From positions 1-64,000 of the forward strand of contig CDROCS010004136.1 of NCBI GenBank assembly GCA_977020255.1: a stretch of DNA of 64,000 nucleotides, written 5' to 3'. Of this stretch, positions 20,525-30,431 are shown piece by piece; the first letter of the stretch is position 1; each line of letters starts with the position of its first letter. The notes beneath the pieces are model-generated. The model did no database searches and was not told the DNA's origin. It saw nothing but the letters and a program-made list of their open reading frames with translations. The translations under genes were made by a program, and so were the position numbers. This stretch comes from Obrimoposthia wandeli. Taxonomy: Eukaryota.

Positions 20525-23323
20525 TTGCATTCTGAACGACAGCTTTACCGTTGGTCCTCTTTCTTATTAACTTGTTATTGTGATCGTGTCGTGTATTTTG
20601 TCGTTAAAATTTTAAGTCTCCTCTTCCTTAGTTTAATTATATTTCCCGCACAAAGTTTCGCTTTGGATAAGGTTAAATTACAGCTTAAGTATCTACATCA
20701 ATTCCAATTTGCCGGTTATTACGCCGCACTAGAGCAGGGGTATTATACTTCAGCGGGTTTAGATGTTGAGATCGTAGAAGGTATAAAAGGCGACGAACCT
20801 CTGCTTGAGGTTGTTTCCGGCGGAGCACAATTTGGTATAGGCAGTAGTAGCTTAATTCTAGAGCGTAGTAAAAATAATCCTGTAGTTGTATTAGGCGTCA
20901 TTTTTCAACATTCTGCTTATACTTTATTAATGCCAAAATTAACCGACACTCAAAGTATCCACAACCTAGTCGGTAAAAAAGTGATGATAGCGGATCAAGC
21001 GGATGAATTGATCGCTTATTTGAATAAAGAGTCAATTTCTTTGGATAAACTGTCCCTTTTACCGCACAGTTTTGACCCCAGTGATTTGGTAGAAGGGCGA
21101 GTAGATGGCTTTTCTGCTTATACAACGAATGAAACAGGTCAGCTAGACAAGCTAGGGTTTAGTTATAATGCTTTTAGCCCACGCTCTGCCGGTATTGATT
21201 TTTACGGTGATAATTTATTTACCAGTGAGAGAGAAATATTAAACAACCCTAAACGAGTAGAAGCGTTTAGAAAGGCGAGTATGCGTGGTTGGGATTATGT
21301 ATTTAAGCATCCAAATAAAACCATAGAGTTAATATTAAAGAAGTATTCAACTAGAAATACCGCGGAACATTTATATTACGAGTACGAGCAAATGATTCCG
21401 CTTGTCCAGCCTAAGCTTGTTGACATGGGTTATATGAATCCTGGCCGGTGGAGGCATATTGCTAATACTTATGCTGAATTAAACATGCTTGTTGAAGACT
21501 ACGAGTTTGATGGTTTTTTATATGATAGAAACCCACCGATAAATATGTTCTGGTGGTACGCTTCTTTAACTACTCTTTTATTTGTTATATTTTTAATTAG
21601 TGTGTTTCACTTCCGAAATAGAGCAAAAGAAAGACAAATAGCTAAAGAAGAAATAGAGTTCAAGAATATCTTGTTATCCACGCAACAAGAGGCCTCTCTT
21701 GAAGGGATGCTTGCCGTTGCTGACAATGGCCGTATTATATCGGCTAACCAACGTTATATAGATTTATGGCAAGTAAATAAGGAAGTGATTGAAAGAGGTG
21801 ATGATAATGAGCTTTTAAAAATCATCATTAAAACACTTGTCGAACCAGATGCTTTCTTAAAACGTATAAAAGAAATTCGAAATCAGCGTGACTTAATTTG
21901 CACCGAGGAAGTTGCTCTCAAAGATGGTAGAACAATCGAGAGGTACTCTGCGCCAATGACTTCGGAATCTGGCCAATACTTTGGTAGGTTGTGGAGCTTT
22001 AGAGATATCACCGTAAGAAAAAAGGCCAGTGAAGTGGTTTGGAATCAGGCCAATTTAGATTTCTTGACAGGTTTACCAAACCGCTATCTTTTTCTAAACA
22101 GACTTAAGGCTGCGATTCTGGATGCAGGAAAAAAACAGCGAAAGCTTGCACTTTTGTTTCTTGATTTGGATCAGTTCAAAGAAATAAATGACAGTTTAGG
22201 GCATCATGTTGGCGATAAGTTAATTCAAGAAACGGCTAACAGATTACTGACTTGCACTAGTGATTCTGCAACTATTGCTCGATTAGGAGGGGACGAATTC
22301 ACTATTATATTAGAAGGGTTTAGCAGCGTAGAGGCCATTGAAAAAGTAGCCAATGACACATTACAGCAGTTATCCCGCCCTTTCAAAATGGACAACGAAC
22401 TTGCTTATATATCCGCTAGTATTGGTATAACTATCTACCCAGATGATGGTATCGATGCAGACACATTGATAAAAAATGCTGACCAAGCAATGTATAGTGC
22501 AAAAGACACAGGTCGCAATAGGTTTCAGTATTTCACTGCTGATATGCATGATAAAGCGATAACAAGACTTAATCTAATCAATGATCTTAGATACGCCTTA
22601 GAACAAAATCAGTTTACCTTACACTATCAACCTATTTTTAGTTTAGAAGATAATCGTATCGTAAAAGCAGAAGCGTTAATTCGCTGGGCTAACCCAAAGC
22701 GCGGCCTAATCAGCCCAGATCAATTCATACCTTTAGCCGAAGAGACCGGTTTGATCAATCAATTGGGTGATTGGGTGTTCCAAACAGCTATTGATAAACT
22801 TATCTACTGGCGTACGCATTATAATAAAGAATTACAAATTAGTATTAATGTGTCTCCTGCACAGTTTGGTATTGATGGTGGTATAGAATCTTGGAGCGAT
22901 AAATTAGCCACACTTAAACTGCCAGGTGATGCGCTGATTGTCGAGATTACAGAAGGGCTATTAATGGAACCCAGCCAAGATGTTTCGCAAAGGTTACTTG
23001 GGTTCAGTAATGCCAATATTAATGTCGCAATAGATGACTTTGGCACAGGCTATTCATCCCTCTCTTATTTAAATAGATTCGACATTGATTATTTAAAAAT
23101 AGATAAAGCATTTGTCTGTAACTTAAAACCAAAGTCTAATGATCATGTTTTGTGCGAAGCCATTATCGTCATGGCTCACAAACTAGGCATCCAAGTGATC
23201 GCTGAAGGAATAGAAACACAAGAACAGTTGGCGTTACTGAAGCAAATTGGTTGTGATTATGGGCAAGGTTATTACTTAGCTAAACCATTAACAGACAATG
23301 ATTTTGAACTATTATTACAATAG
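20525..23323 (+). CDS. Membrane-anchored diguanylate cyclase/phosphodiesterase with periplasmic NMT1/THI5-like sensor, PAS, GGDEF and EAL domains
   Basis: LKYLHQFQFAGYYAA (NMT1-like), a TM helix, PAS (ISANQRYIDLW...RLWSFRDIT), DFLTGLPNR, RLGGDEF, AEALIRW, IDDFGTGYSSL. The true start is probably a little downstream (about 20590). Confidence 0.9.
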   Translation: MHSERQLYRWSSFLLTCYCDRVVYFVVKILSLLFLSLIIFPAQSFALDKVKLQLKYLHQFQFAGYYAALEQGYYTSAGLDVEIVEGIKGDEPLLEVVSGGAQFGIGSSSLILERSKNNPVVVLGVIFQHSAYTLLMPKLTDTQSIHNLVGKKVMIADQADELIAYLNKESISLDKLSLLPHSFDPSDLVEGRVDGFSAYTTNETGQLDKLGFSYNAFSPRSAGIDFYGDNLFTSEREILNNPKRVEAFRKASMRGWDYVFKHPNKTIELILKKYSTRNTAEHLYYEYEQMIPLVQPKLVDMGYMNPGRWRHIANTYAELNMLVEDYEFDGFLYDRNPPINMFWWYASLTTLLFVIFLISVFHFRNRAKERQIAKEEIEFKNILLSTQQEASLEGMLAVADNGRIISANQRYIDLWQVNKEVIERGDDNELLKIIIKTLVEPDAFLKRIKEIRNQRDLICTEEVALKDGRTIERYSAPMTSESGQYFGRLWSFRDITVRKKASEVVWNQANLDFLTGLPNRYLFLNRLKAAILDAGKKQRKLALLFLDLDQFKEINDSLGHHVGDKLIQETANRLLTCTSDSATIARLGGDEFTIILEGFSSVEAIEKVANDTLQQLSRPFKMDNELAYISASIGITIYPDDGIDADTLIKNADQAMYSAKDTGRNRFQYFTADMHDKAITRLNLINDLRYALEQNQFTLHYQPIFSLEDNRIVKAEALIRWANPKRGLISPDQFIPLAEETGLINQLGDWVFQTAIDKLIYWRTHYNKELQISINVSPAQFGIDGGIESWSDKLATLKLPGDALIVEITEGLLMEPSQDVSQRLLGFSNANINVAIDDFGTGYSSLSYLNRFDIDYLKIDKAFVCNLKPKSNDHVLCEAIIVMAHKLGIQVIAEGIETQEQLALLKQIGCDYGQGYYLAKPLTDNDFELLLQ

Positions 23324-23454
23324 CGTGTGAGTGCTCGCTGTTTTAGGGTTTGTTTAGTATTGAACGCAGTGTCAGCACTTATCTTTCCGATTTGATCATA
23401 GTGTTGCTCACACCCGTTACTAGTCGAGGAATAAGCGACAACCCTCACTGCGTT

Positions 23455-24381
23455 TTAGCTTAGCTTTGCCTTAGTAAAGTAGTGCTTCACCAGCTGATAG
23501 AAACGAGCAACATGCACTGGCTTCTCCCCTTGGAAGGGATGGACAAAATAGAATGGCCATACCTCGCCGTGAAACTCCTTCATAATTCGTACCATCAACC
23601 CTTGGTCTATCAGTGATTGACTGGCAATTTCGGGTATCAAGACATACCCCATATCTTGCAGAGCCATTGACATAGCGCATGAAAGGCTATTGCTTTGGGC
23701 AAAACGATGCAGCGGAGTGACTTGCTCTAATCGCTCTTCATCACTGTTTAACTTTGATGATTTTCGACAGACTGATTGCGATGCGTTCTGCCAGGATGCC
23801 GATATCCAACGGTGATGGATTAATTCTTCAAGTGTCTCCGGTGATCCAAATTTTTGAATATACGTGGGTGAAGCGCAGAATATTTCATTGGCTTTACCCA
23901 AAGGTAGCGCTCGATAATTACTGTCTCGCAGTTCACCACCATAGATCGCGACATCTAACTTATCGTTTATTAGATCCAAAGGCTCATCTGTAATCAGAAC
24001 CTTTATCTCTATCTTTGGATATTCTTTACACAGCTGGCTAAGTGCAGGGGTTATTATCTCTTTTTCTAGTAAATGTGGAGAGGTGACGGAAAACATACCA
24101 GAGGGTGTTTGTTCTGCACTGTTAAGTTCTTGAAAAGCTAAGTCGACTTGATCTTTTAACAACTCACTGCGTGAGAGCAGTTTGGCACCATTGGCCGTTA
24201 ATGCCATGCCACGTGTGTTACGAGATAGTAACTGAACCCCGGTTTGCTCTTCCAGGCGACTGATATGTTGGCTGACCGCTGACTTACTCATGCCAAGGTG
24301 TATGGCTGCTTGAGTGAAAGAGCCACGCTGTGCAACTTCAGCAAAAATTAAAAGACTGGGAAGTAATTTTACATTGTTCAT
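23455..24381 (-). CDS. LysR-family transcriptional regulator
   Basis: FAEVAQRGSFTQAAIHLGMSKSAVSQHISRLEEQTGVQLLSRNTR HTH; divergent from the DUF1330 gene. Confidence 0.95.
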   Translation of the reverse strand: MNNVKLLPSLLIFAEVAQRGSFTQAAIHLGMSKSAVSQHISRLEEQTGVQLLSRNTRGMALTANGAKLLSRSELLKDQVDLAFQELNSAEQTPSGMFSVTSPHLLEKEIITPALSQLCKEYPKIEIKVLITDEPLDLINDKLDVAIYGGELRDSNYRALPLGKANEIFCASPTYIQKFGSPETLEELIHHRWISASWQNASQSVCRKSSKLNSDEERLEQVTPLHRFAQSNSLSCAMSMALQDMGYVLIPEIASQSLIDQGLMVRIMKEFHGEVWPFYFVHPFQGEKPVHVARFYQLVKHYFTKAKLS

Positions 24382-24497
24382 ATTTTTAAACAGTTAGTTA
24401 ATTTTATCTATATTGTCTTGTTTTACGTTAATGACTATTCTGTTGTCAAGTTCTTCGAACCTAAAACTTAAATTCAGAATATACTAGAGGACATATT

Positions 24498-24776
24498 ATG
24501 CCTGCCTATATCGTTGTTGACCTAACACCTATTGATACCTCAAAACTTCAGCAGTACAGCGCATTAGCTGCTGAAACATTAATTCCTTTTGCAGGGGAGT
24601 TTTTAGCGAAAGGGCCTATTGAGACCCTGCATGGTGAGCCAGATTTGCTGGTCAAAGTGATTATTGCCTTCCCCGATCGTGCTAGCGCCACTGGTTGGTA
24701 CCACAGCGATGCTTATCAGGCGATTATCGACCTGCGTAACGAAGCGATGGAAAGTAAGTTCCACCTCATTGGCTAG
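24498..24776 (+). CDS. DUF1330 family protein
   Basis: MPAYIVVD...YSALAAETLIPFAGEFL...IIAFPDRASATGWYHSDAYQAIIDLR; RBS GAGGA. Confidence 0.88.
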   Translation: MPAYIVVDLTPIDTSKLQQYSALAAETLIPFAGEFLAKGPIETLHGEPDLLVKVIIAFPDRASATGWYHSDAYQAIIDLRNEAMESKFHLIG

Positions 24777-24824
24777 CAAAACAATCTGCAGGGCTAGAGG
24801 TTTGGCTATTCTTTATACAATATT

Positions 24825-24860
24825 TACATGGCCGTGAGGCTAACGCTTTTTAGCCATGTA
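24825..24860 (+). terminator. Inverted repeat after the DUF1330 gene
   Basis: TACATGGC...GGCTAA-cgcttt-TTAGCC-ATGTA nested pairing. Confidence 0.3.
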
Positions 24861-25405
24861 GCTGGCGGCTGATATAAACCGATTGTCTTTGAATATAGTT
24901 ACCTTGCTAATTAGTGTTTTTCGCCGCTTTGAGTGGCGCAAAACGATATTGAACTTCGCTTAAGTAGAGTAGGCTGTGGGCGGGTTCACGTTGATCCTAT
25001 GAATGTCCTTTCAGACACGAATGCCTATTCAGGGCGCAGCATTGATCTGGTATATTTAATCAAGCACATCGATGATTGGCTAATGTGGATACCGATCTAC
25101 CTAATGCTATAGCCAGAGAGCTTGAAGGACTCGTCAATGGCCCCCTTCCTTCTAACAGTTGATAGCACTATAAATCACTTATCTGTTTTTCGTTAAACTC
25201 AGACTAGTTGGAAATAAATTGCTGCGGGTAAATTACTGACAATATCTAAATACAGTGGATACTTATTTGACTATTGCTCTAAAGCATCTATGTTTAGTCT
25301 TAATGATGATCTTTTCATTATCAGAAGAGGTATGTTTTCTATTATAATCGTTCATATATAAGTTACTGATTTATAAATAGTTACGATAACTTTGAGGAAT
25401 ATATA

Positions 25406-26158
25406 ATGCGGATGTTTTTTGTTAAAACGCTCATTTCAAAGAGGAATAGTGTCCTAAGCATCACAGTTAACATATTGATAGCACTGTCTTTCTCAGCACA
25501 GTTGTCAGCCCAAGAAACGCTGCAGTTCACTACCTTTAAAGGCTCGGGGATTTCCCTTTATACCAAACCTCTACTTGAAGATGCATACCAAAAACTTGGC
25601 ATAAGCATTGAGATTCAACAACACCCAAGTGCCCGGGCCTTAATGTTATCGTCGAAAGGGAAAGTTGATGGTGAGGTTTCTAGGTTGTCAGTGATAGAAA
25701 ATAAGTACCCCTCTTTGATTCGAATTCCAACGGCTATTGGAAAAATAAACAGTGCGGTATTTACATTAGATCGTAAACTTAAAATTAATAGCTGGTCAGA
25801 TATCGAAAATTATAGGGTTGCGGTGATTAACGGCTATAAAAATTCTATGAAGAAAACAGAAGGTATGGATCGGATTTTAGCTAACACTTTTCAACAGGCA
25901 ATTGAATTGGTGCGAAAAGGAAGAGTAGAGGTCGCGGTATTGACTGAAATAGATGGGCTAAGAGCGATAAAAGAGCTCCAAATTGATGAAGTGGTGATGC
26001 TAGATTCCTTTATAGGTACCGTGCCCCTTTATCATTACCTACACCAAAAGAATGAACATTTAGTTAATGATGTTTCAAACGCTATCGCTGAGATGGCGCA
26101 ACAAAAAAAGATAGCTAGTTATCGTGATCAAGCTCTTAAAAATTTAAAAGCTAAGTAA
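25406..26158 (+). CDS. Orphan solute-binding protein family 3 (polar amino acid PBP type 2 fold)
   Basis: Signal-like N-terminus, LLEDAYQKLGISIEI, PSARAL, GKVDGE, LYHYLHQKN; no permease nearby. Confidence 0.82.
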   Translation: MRMFFVKTLISKRNSVLSITVNILIALSFSAQLSAQETLQFTTFKGSGISLYTKPLLEDAYQKLGISIEIQQHPSARALMLSSKGKVDGEVSRLSVIENKYPSLIRIPTAIGKINSAVFTLDRKLKINSWSDIENYRVAVINGYKNSMKKTEGMDRILANTFQQAIELVRKGRVEVAVLTEIDGLRAIKELQIDEVVMLDSFIGTVPLYHYLHQKNEHLVNDVSNAIAEMAQQKKIASYRDQALKNLKAK

Positions 26159-26265
26159 ACTTAAGCTATATGAACCAATATACTCAACAGTAAGATGAGA
26201 GCTGGCAGCTTACTACGCTACCAGTTCACATACAGAGAGTAGGCGAATGCTATACTTTTTTGCAA

Positions 26266-26511
26266 TTAAAACAGCGGTTTTTCCAGTTCTTGGAGAGCAT
26301 AATTAAGCTCTTCGTTCTTTTCATTTAGCAGTGTATTGGCATCGGCTAAGCCGCTGTTATAAAAGTGAGGCCCAATATTTTCTGCAAAAAAGTCGATTAA
26401 AAACTCAGCTTCAAATCCGCCAATATCACAATCAAGTTCACCGCTTAAATAGCTTTTTACTTTATCGATAAGATGCTGTTTGTCTTGCGTTGTTAACTTG
26501 ATTTTTTTCAT
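26266..26511 (-). CDS. DUF2164 family protein
   Basis: IKLTTQDKQHLIDKVKSYL...IGGFEAEFLIDFFAENIGPHFYNSGLADA. Confidence 0.88.
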   Translation of the reverse strand: MKKIKLTTQDKQHLIDKVKSYLSGELDCDIGGFEAEFLIDFFAENIGPHFYNSGLADANTLLNEKNEELNYALQELEKPLF

Positions 26512-26527
26512 GTATTACCTTTTGATT

Positions 26528-27880
26528 TTAACCAGCTGTATCAACAATCGCTTGATCGGGTGTGCTAAGTTCTGTGCTTTCTTGGGTGACAAATAAGGTT
26601 AATTTGGTATCAAATTTCTCTTCATAGTCGCGTAATTTTTCAATTAAGGCCAAATTTATTTGCTGACCTTCTTTGAGCATCAAATTACCGTTGAGCACTA
26701 GATCTTCCAGTAAAATATCACCCGCTTTTAGCCCTTCAATACCGACACAGTACTCCATATCAGCATCATTGCTGTTGCGCTCTTTAAGAATAGCGAAAAA
26801 AGCAGCGATGACTTGACTATCATACCAAGTGTCTTGACGAGAGCTGATCCACGCTTTGGCATCGTTAATCGATAGAGGATGATTGTTACCACGGTTGGAG
26901 ATAAGAAAATCAAAATCTTTCACCACTCGGATGATTCGCGCGCCGAGTGGAATTTTCTCAGCACTTAGATGATCAGGTTGGCCGGTACCGTCGATATTTT
27001 CATTTTGATGTTTGATATTAGGCACTAAAGAATTTAAGCGTTTTACCTGAGCAACAATAGCCGCACCAATTTCTGGGTGAGCGGCAAAAGCTCTGTCTGG
27101 GTTATTGTCAGAGAGATCCTTATTTTTTAGCGCTTCATCGCTTAATCCTACTTTGCCAATTTCATGTAATAGAGCGCATAAATAAATGCGCCGACAGCTG
27201 GCATCATCTTCTTTGAGGGATTGCGCTATCGCTTTACATTGCAAGGCTATACGGCGAGTGTGGCCAGCGGCAAACCCTGTGCGATACTCCACGGTGGAAG
27301 ACATCATTTCAAGCACATCATGAAGTAGCGTTTTTTGCATCAATAATGACTGCTGTAATTTTTGCTTGCTCAGTTGTAAATCGGCAGTGCGTTGGTCTAT
27401 TTTTTGTTCGAGTGTTTGATTGAATGTCTGTAACTGGGTATTGGCTTGCTCAAGTTGGACATTTAACTGTGCAGCTTGTCGCTTCAATTGTTGATGTTCA
27501 GCAGCTTTTGCCAGCGTCAATTGTAGTTCCTGATTCTCCCAAGGTTTACTGATGTAAGTATATACCCCGCCTTGGTTGATCGCTTTGACCGTTGACTCTA
27601 TATCGCTATAGCCCGTGAGCAGTATTCGAATGGCATCCGGGCATATATCACGGGCACGACTGAGAAATTCAGCGCCATCCATCTGTGGCATCCGCATATC
27701 TGACATAATTAAGTCTACGCTGTTTTCTTCAATATGACTTAGGGCTGCAGCGCCGTCGGTGAACGTCACCAAATCAAAATCTTTGCGCAGTAAGCGCTTC
27801 AGTGCGTTGAGAATATCCTGCTCATCATCCAATAAAAGTAACTTTAATAGCGGTGGCGTGCTAGTTAACTGCGTTGTCAT
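26528..27880 (-). CDS. Response regulator with REC, coiled coil and degenerate HD-GYP domain (RpfG-like)
   Basis: LLLDDEQDIL, MSDMRMPQMDG, LLTGY, ISKPW; the HD-GYP region reads LHEIGK, HQNENIDGTGQP, IPLGARII. Confidence 0.88.
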   Translation of the reverse strand: MTTQLTSTPPLLKLLLLDDEQDILNALKRLLRKDFDLVTFTDGAAALSHIEENSVDLIMSDMRMPQMDGAEFLSRARDICPDAIRILLTGYSDIESTVKAINQGGVYTYISKPWENQELQLTLAKAAEHQQLKRQAAQLNVQLEQANTQLQTFNQTLEQKIDQRTADLQLSKQKLQQSLLMQKTLLHDVLEMMSSTVEYRTGFAAGHTRRIALQCKAIAQSLKEDDASCRRIYLCALLHEIGKVGLSDEALKNKDLSDNNPDRAFAAHPEIGAAIVAQVKRLNSLVPNIKHQNENIDGTGQPDHLSAEKIPLGARIIRVVKDFDFLISNRGNNHPLSINDAKAWISSRQDTWYDSQVIAAFFAILKERNSNDADMEYCVGIEGLKAGDILLEDLVLNGNLMLKEGQQINLALIEKLRDYEEKFDTKLTLFVTQESTELSTPDQAIVDTAG

Positions 27881-28193
27881 AAAACTTCCTTTGTATATTG
27901 AATACGCCTAAGAACACGGATGAGCAACTTAGACCTCTCTCTTGGAGCGCGCAGCTGATTTAGAATTATCAGCGTTTAGTAAGTGTCTCTTTATAGAACG
28001 CTTTTTTACTTTTGCACGGCTAAAGTACAGTTGAGAGGTAGTGTTATCCTAGTTGACGGTTGCGTTCCTCCTGTCAGTATAGCCATTGTACTTCCTTATA
28101 CATTTTGCTCAATAGGCAAGAGTAAATCGAATTGTAAACGTTAGTTTTCAAGCATGGCAAATGACAACAATCGAAGATGGCACAGTGCCTTAT

Positions 28194-29123
28194 TCATTTT
28201 GGATATCTAGGGTGTGTTGTTTTGGCCGAGATAAGTTGCCAAAGGCGGCCATCAATCGCACTGAGCCCGATGGCAATTAGCGACATTCCGACGAAGTGAA
28301 TGGTGGCTAGGTTTTCGTTGAGAAATATAGCACCTAACAGAATTGCTGACACAGGTATAAGAAGGGTCACTAATAATAAGTTTGTCGCACCGACCTGTGC
28401 CAATAATTGAAAGTAAAGAATATAGGCAATCGCGGTAGAAAGTATCGCCAGCCCAAAAATAGCTAGCCATGTATTATGACTCATCGCCAAGAAGTCAGGT
28501 ATCCCTTCGATGCTGAGCGTGACAGGGAAAAGTAATAGTGCAGAGGCGCTCACTTGGCCTGCCGCAGTGACAATGGGATTAATAGCCATTTTCTTGAATC
28601 TGCGACCGTATACTCCTGCAAAGGCATAGGATAATGCGGCGACTAAAATAGCTATCTGTGCGAGGAATAAGCCGCCTTCCTGTAAGGACGGTGTTCCTAT
28701 CATTATTGCAACACCGATAAAACCAATAATAGAGCCAAGTATCTTTAACTTGTTTGCCCGCTCGTCACTGAGTAATACTGTCGCTACGAGTACGGTGAAC
28801 ATGGGTGTAGCGGCGTTGAGTATAGCGGCTAGACTTGAGGGAACATAGGTCTGCCCCCATACAATCAAAGTAAAGGGAATAATGTTATTGAGTAACCCCA
28901 TGATAGAAAATGCTAGCCAGGTTCGCCAGTCCCTAGGAGGGCGTAATCCTACTATAAATACCACCAGCCACAGAGCTATTGCAGCCAGAGCTACCCTTAA
29001 AGTAACTAAAGTAAAGGGGCTGACATCGTCAAGCGCGACAGCTACAAAAAAGAAGGAACCGCCCCCGAGTATTGAAAGCAGGAGTAACAGTAGCCATTGA
29101 ATAGCGTTCATTGAAGTCTTCAT
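28194..29123 (-). CDS. EamA/DMT family transporter
   Basis: GGSFFF, LRVALAA, GLLNNIIPFTLIVWGQ, SSLAAILNAATP, STAIAYILYF; two EamA repeats. Confidence 0.93.
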   Translation of the reverse strand: MKTSMNAIQWLLLLLLSILGGGSFFFVAVALDDVSPFTLVTLRVALAAIALWLVVFIVGLRPPRDWRTWLAFSIMGLLNNIIPFTLIVWGQTYVPSSLAAILNAATPMFTVLVATVLLSDERANKLKILGSIIGFIGVAIMIGTPSLQEGGLFLAQIAILVAALSYAFAGVYGRRFKKMAINPIVTAAGQVSASALLLFPVTLSIEGIPDFLAMSHNTWLAIFGLAILSTAIAYILYFQLLAQVGATNLLLVTLLIPVSAILLGAIFLNENLATIHFVGMSLIAIGLSAIDGRLWQLISAKTTHPRYPK

Positions 29124-29187
29124 ATTGTGATCTCTCGTTTGATATTTTCCTCAGCATAATGGGCTCCAAAAAGATAAAACATCCGTT

Positions 29188-29203
29188 TCTTGCGCTGGTA
29201 TTT
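29188..29203 (-). promoter_or_regulatory. Putative Ada box (AAT-N6-GCAA) oriented toward the EamA gene
   Basis: The minus strand reads AAATACCAGCGCAAGA, 13/16 identical to the E. coli ada box AAATTAAAGCGCAAGA as I recall it; it sits between ada and the EamA gene. Confidence 0.55.
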
Positions 29204-29307
29204 GTATAATTAAAACGGCTAACAATGAATTTGATGACAATAATCGGATGGTAAAATACTCGCTGCTACGTTTTGATAGCAACATCGAAAATTTAAGAGG
29301 CAATGAT

Positions 29308-30375
29308 ATGTCGTTATCCACCAGCCAAATGCAGCAGGCCGTTGTTAATAGAGACTCAAATTTTGATGAGTTATTTATTTATGGCGTCATTACTACGGGT
29401 ATTTTTTGTCAACCCTCTTGTTCTTCGAGACAGGCGAAACTAGAAAATATGCAGTTCTATGCCAATACTCAAGATGCACTGATTGCCGGTTTTAAACCTT
29501 GTAAACGCTGTCAGCCACTAGGAACAGATAGTGCTGTCGCACGTTTGATTAAGGTGGCGCGATACATCGAAGAGCACGCGCATGAAAAGCTGCCCCTGTC
29601 GCTATTAGGGGAAATAGCCGAATTGTCACCCTCACGCTTACAGCGCGTATTTAAACGCGCCTTTGGCTTATCACCAAAAGCTTATCAAGATGGTCTGCGG
29701 ATGCGTGGTTTCAAACAACAGTTAAAAGAGGGGGAGGCGGTGACTCATGCTATTTTCTCTGCGGGGTTTGGCTCGATTAGTCGATTATATGGAGAGGCGA
29801 GTCGCAATATAGGAATGACACCTAAGGCGTACCGAGCAGGAGGGCAGGGTGAGATAATCTCATTTGCCTGTCGAGAGAGCGCATTGGGATTGTTGATGAT
29901 GGCGGCAACGGAGAAAGGCGTTTGTTTTGTTGAATTTGGCGAGTCCGAAGAGGCGCTAAAACAGCAACTAGCAAGTGAGTTCCCCAAGGCACAGCTCTTC
30001 TTCTCAAATGCGCAGACAAGTCCAGAATTGGATCAATGGATAGATGCTTTAAACTTGCATATCAGTGCAAGTGCCCCCAAACCTGAGCTGCCTTTGGATA
30101 TACGCGGCACTGCATTTCAAATGCAAGTTTGGCAATTTCTATTGAGCGTGCCACAAGGGCATGTCGTCAGCTATCAAGAGTTAGCGGATCAAATAGACAA
30201 ACCTAAAGCAGTGCGTGCTGCGGCATCTGCCTGTGGAAAAAATCGTATTGGTATTTTGATTCCCTGTCATCGGGTACTACGATCAGATGGCAGCTTAGGA
30301 GGTTATCGCTGGGGTTTAGAGCGCAAGCGAGCGCTATTAGATACGGAGCGACGTTTGATGACTGAAGTGGTTTAG
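29308..30375 (+). CDS. ada: Bifunctional Ada regulator / O6-methylguanine-DNA methyltransferase
   Basis: Zn-binding Cys in GIFCQPSCSSR and FKPCKRC, AraC HTH, FQMQVWQFL, active site IPCHRV; RBS GAGG precedes ATG 29308. Confidence 0.95.
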   Translation: MSLSTSQMQQAVVNRDSNFDELFIYGVITTGIFCQPSCSSRQAKLENMQFYANTQDALIAGFKPCKRCQPLGTDSAVARLIKVARYIEEHAHEKLPLSLLGEIAELSPSRLQRVFKRAFGLSPKAYQDGLRMRGFKQQLKEGEAVTHAIFSAGFGSISRLYGEASRNIGMTPKAYRAGGQGEIISFACRESALGLLMMAATEKGVCFVEFGESEEALKQQLASEFPKAQLFFSNAQTSPELDQWIDALNLHISASAPKPELPLDIRGTAFQMQVWQFLLSVPQGHVVSYQELADQIDKPKAVRAAASACGKNRIGILIPCHRVLRSDGSLGGYRWGLERKRALLDTERRLMTEVV

Positions 30376-30431
30376 TTAGTGTTGATTTGGTCGTGCTAAC
30401 TATTGGGTATGAATGCTTTAGTCATCGGTTA

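Noticed and set aside
25121-25146. Sigma-32-like CTTGAA-N14-CCCCCT
   Set aside because: It lacks the conserved A of CCCCAT and lies 260 bp from the next gene.
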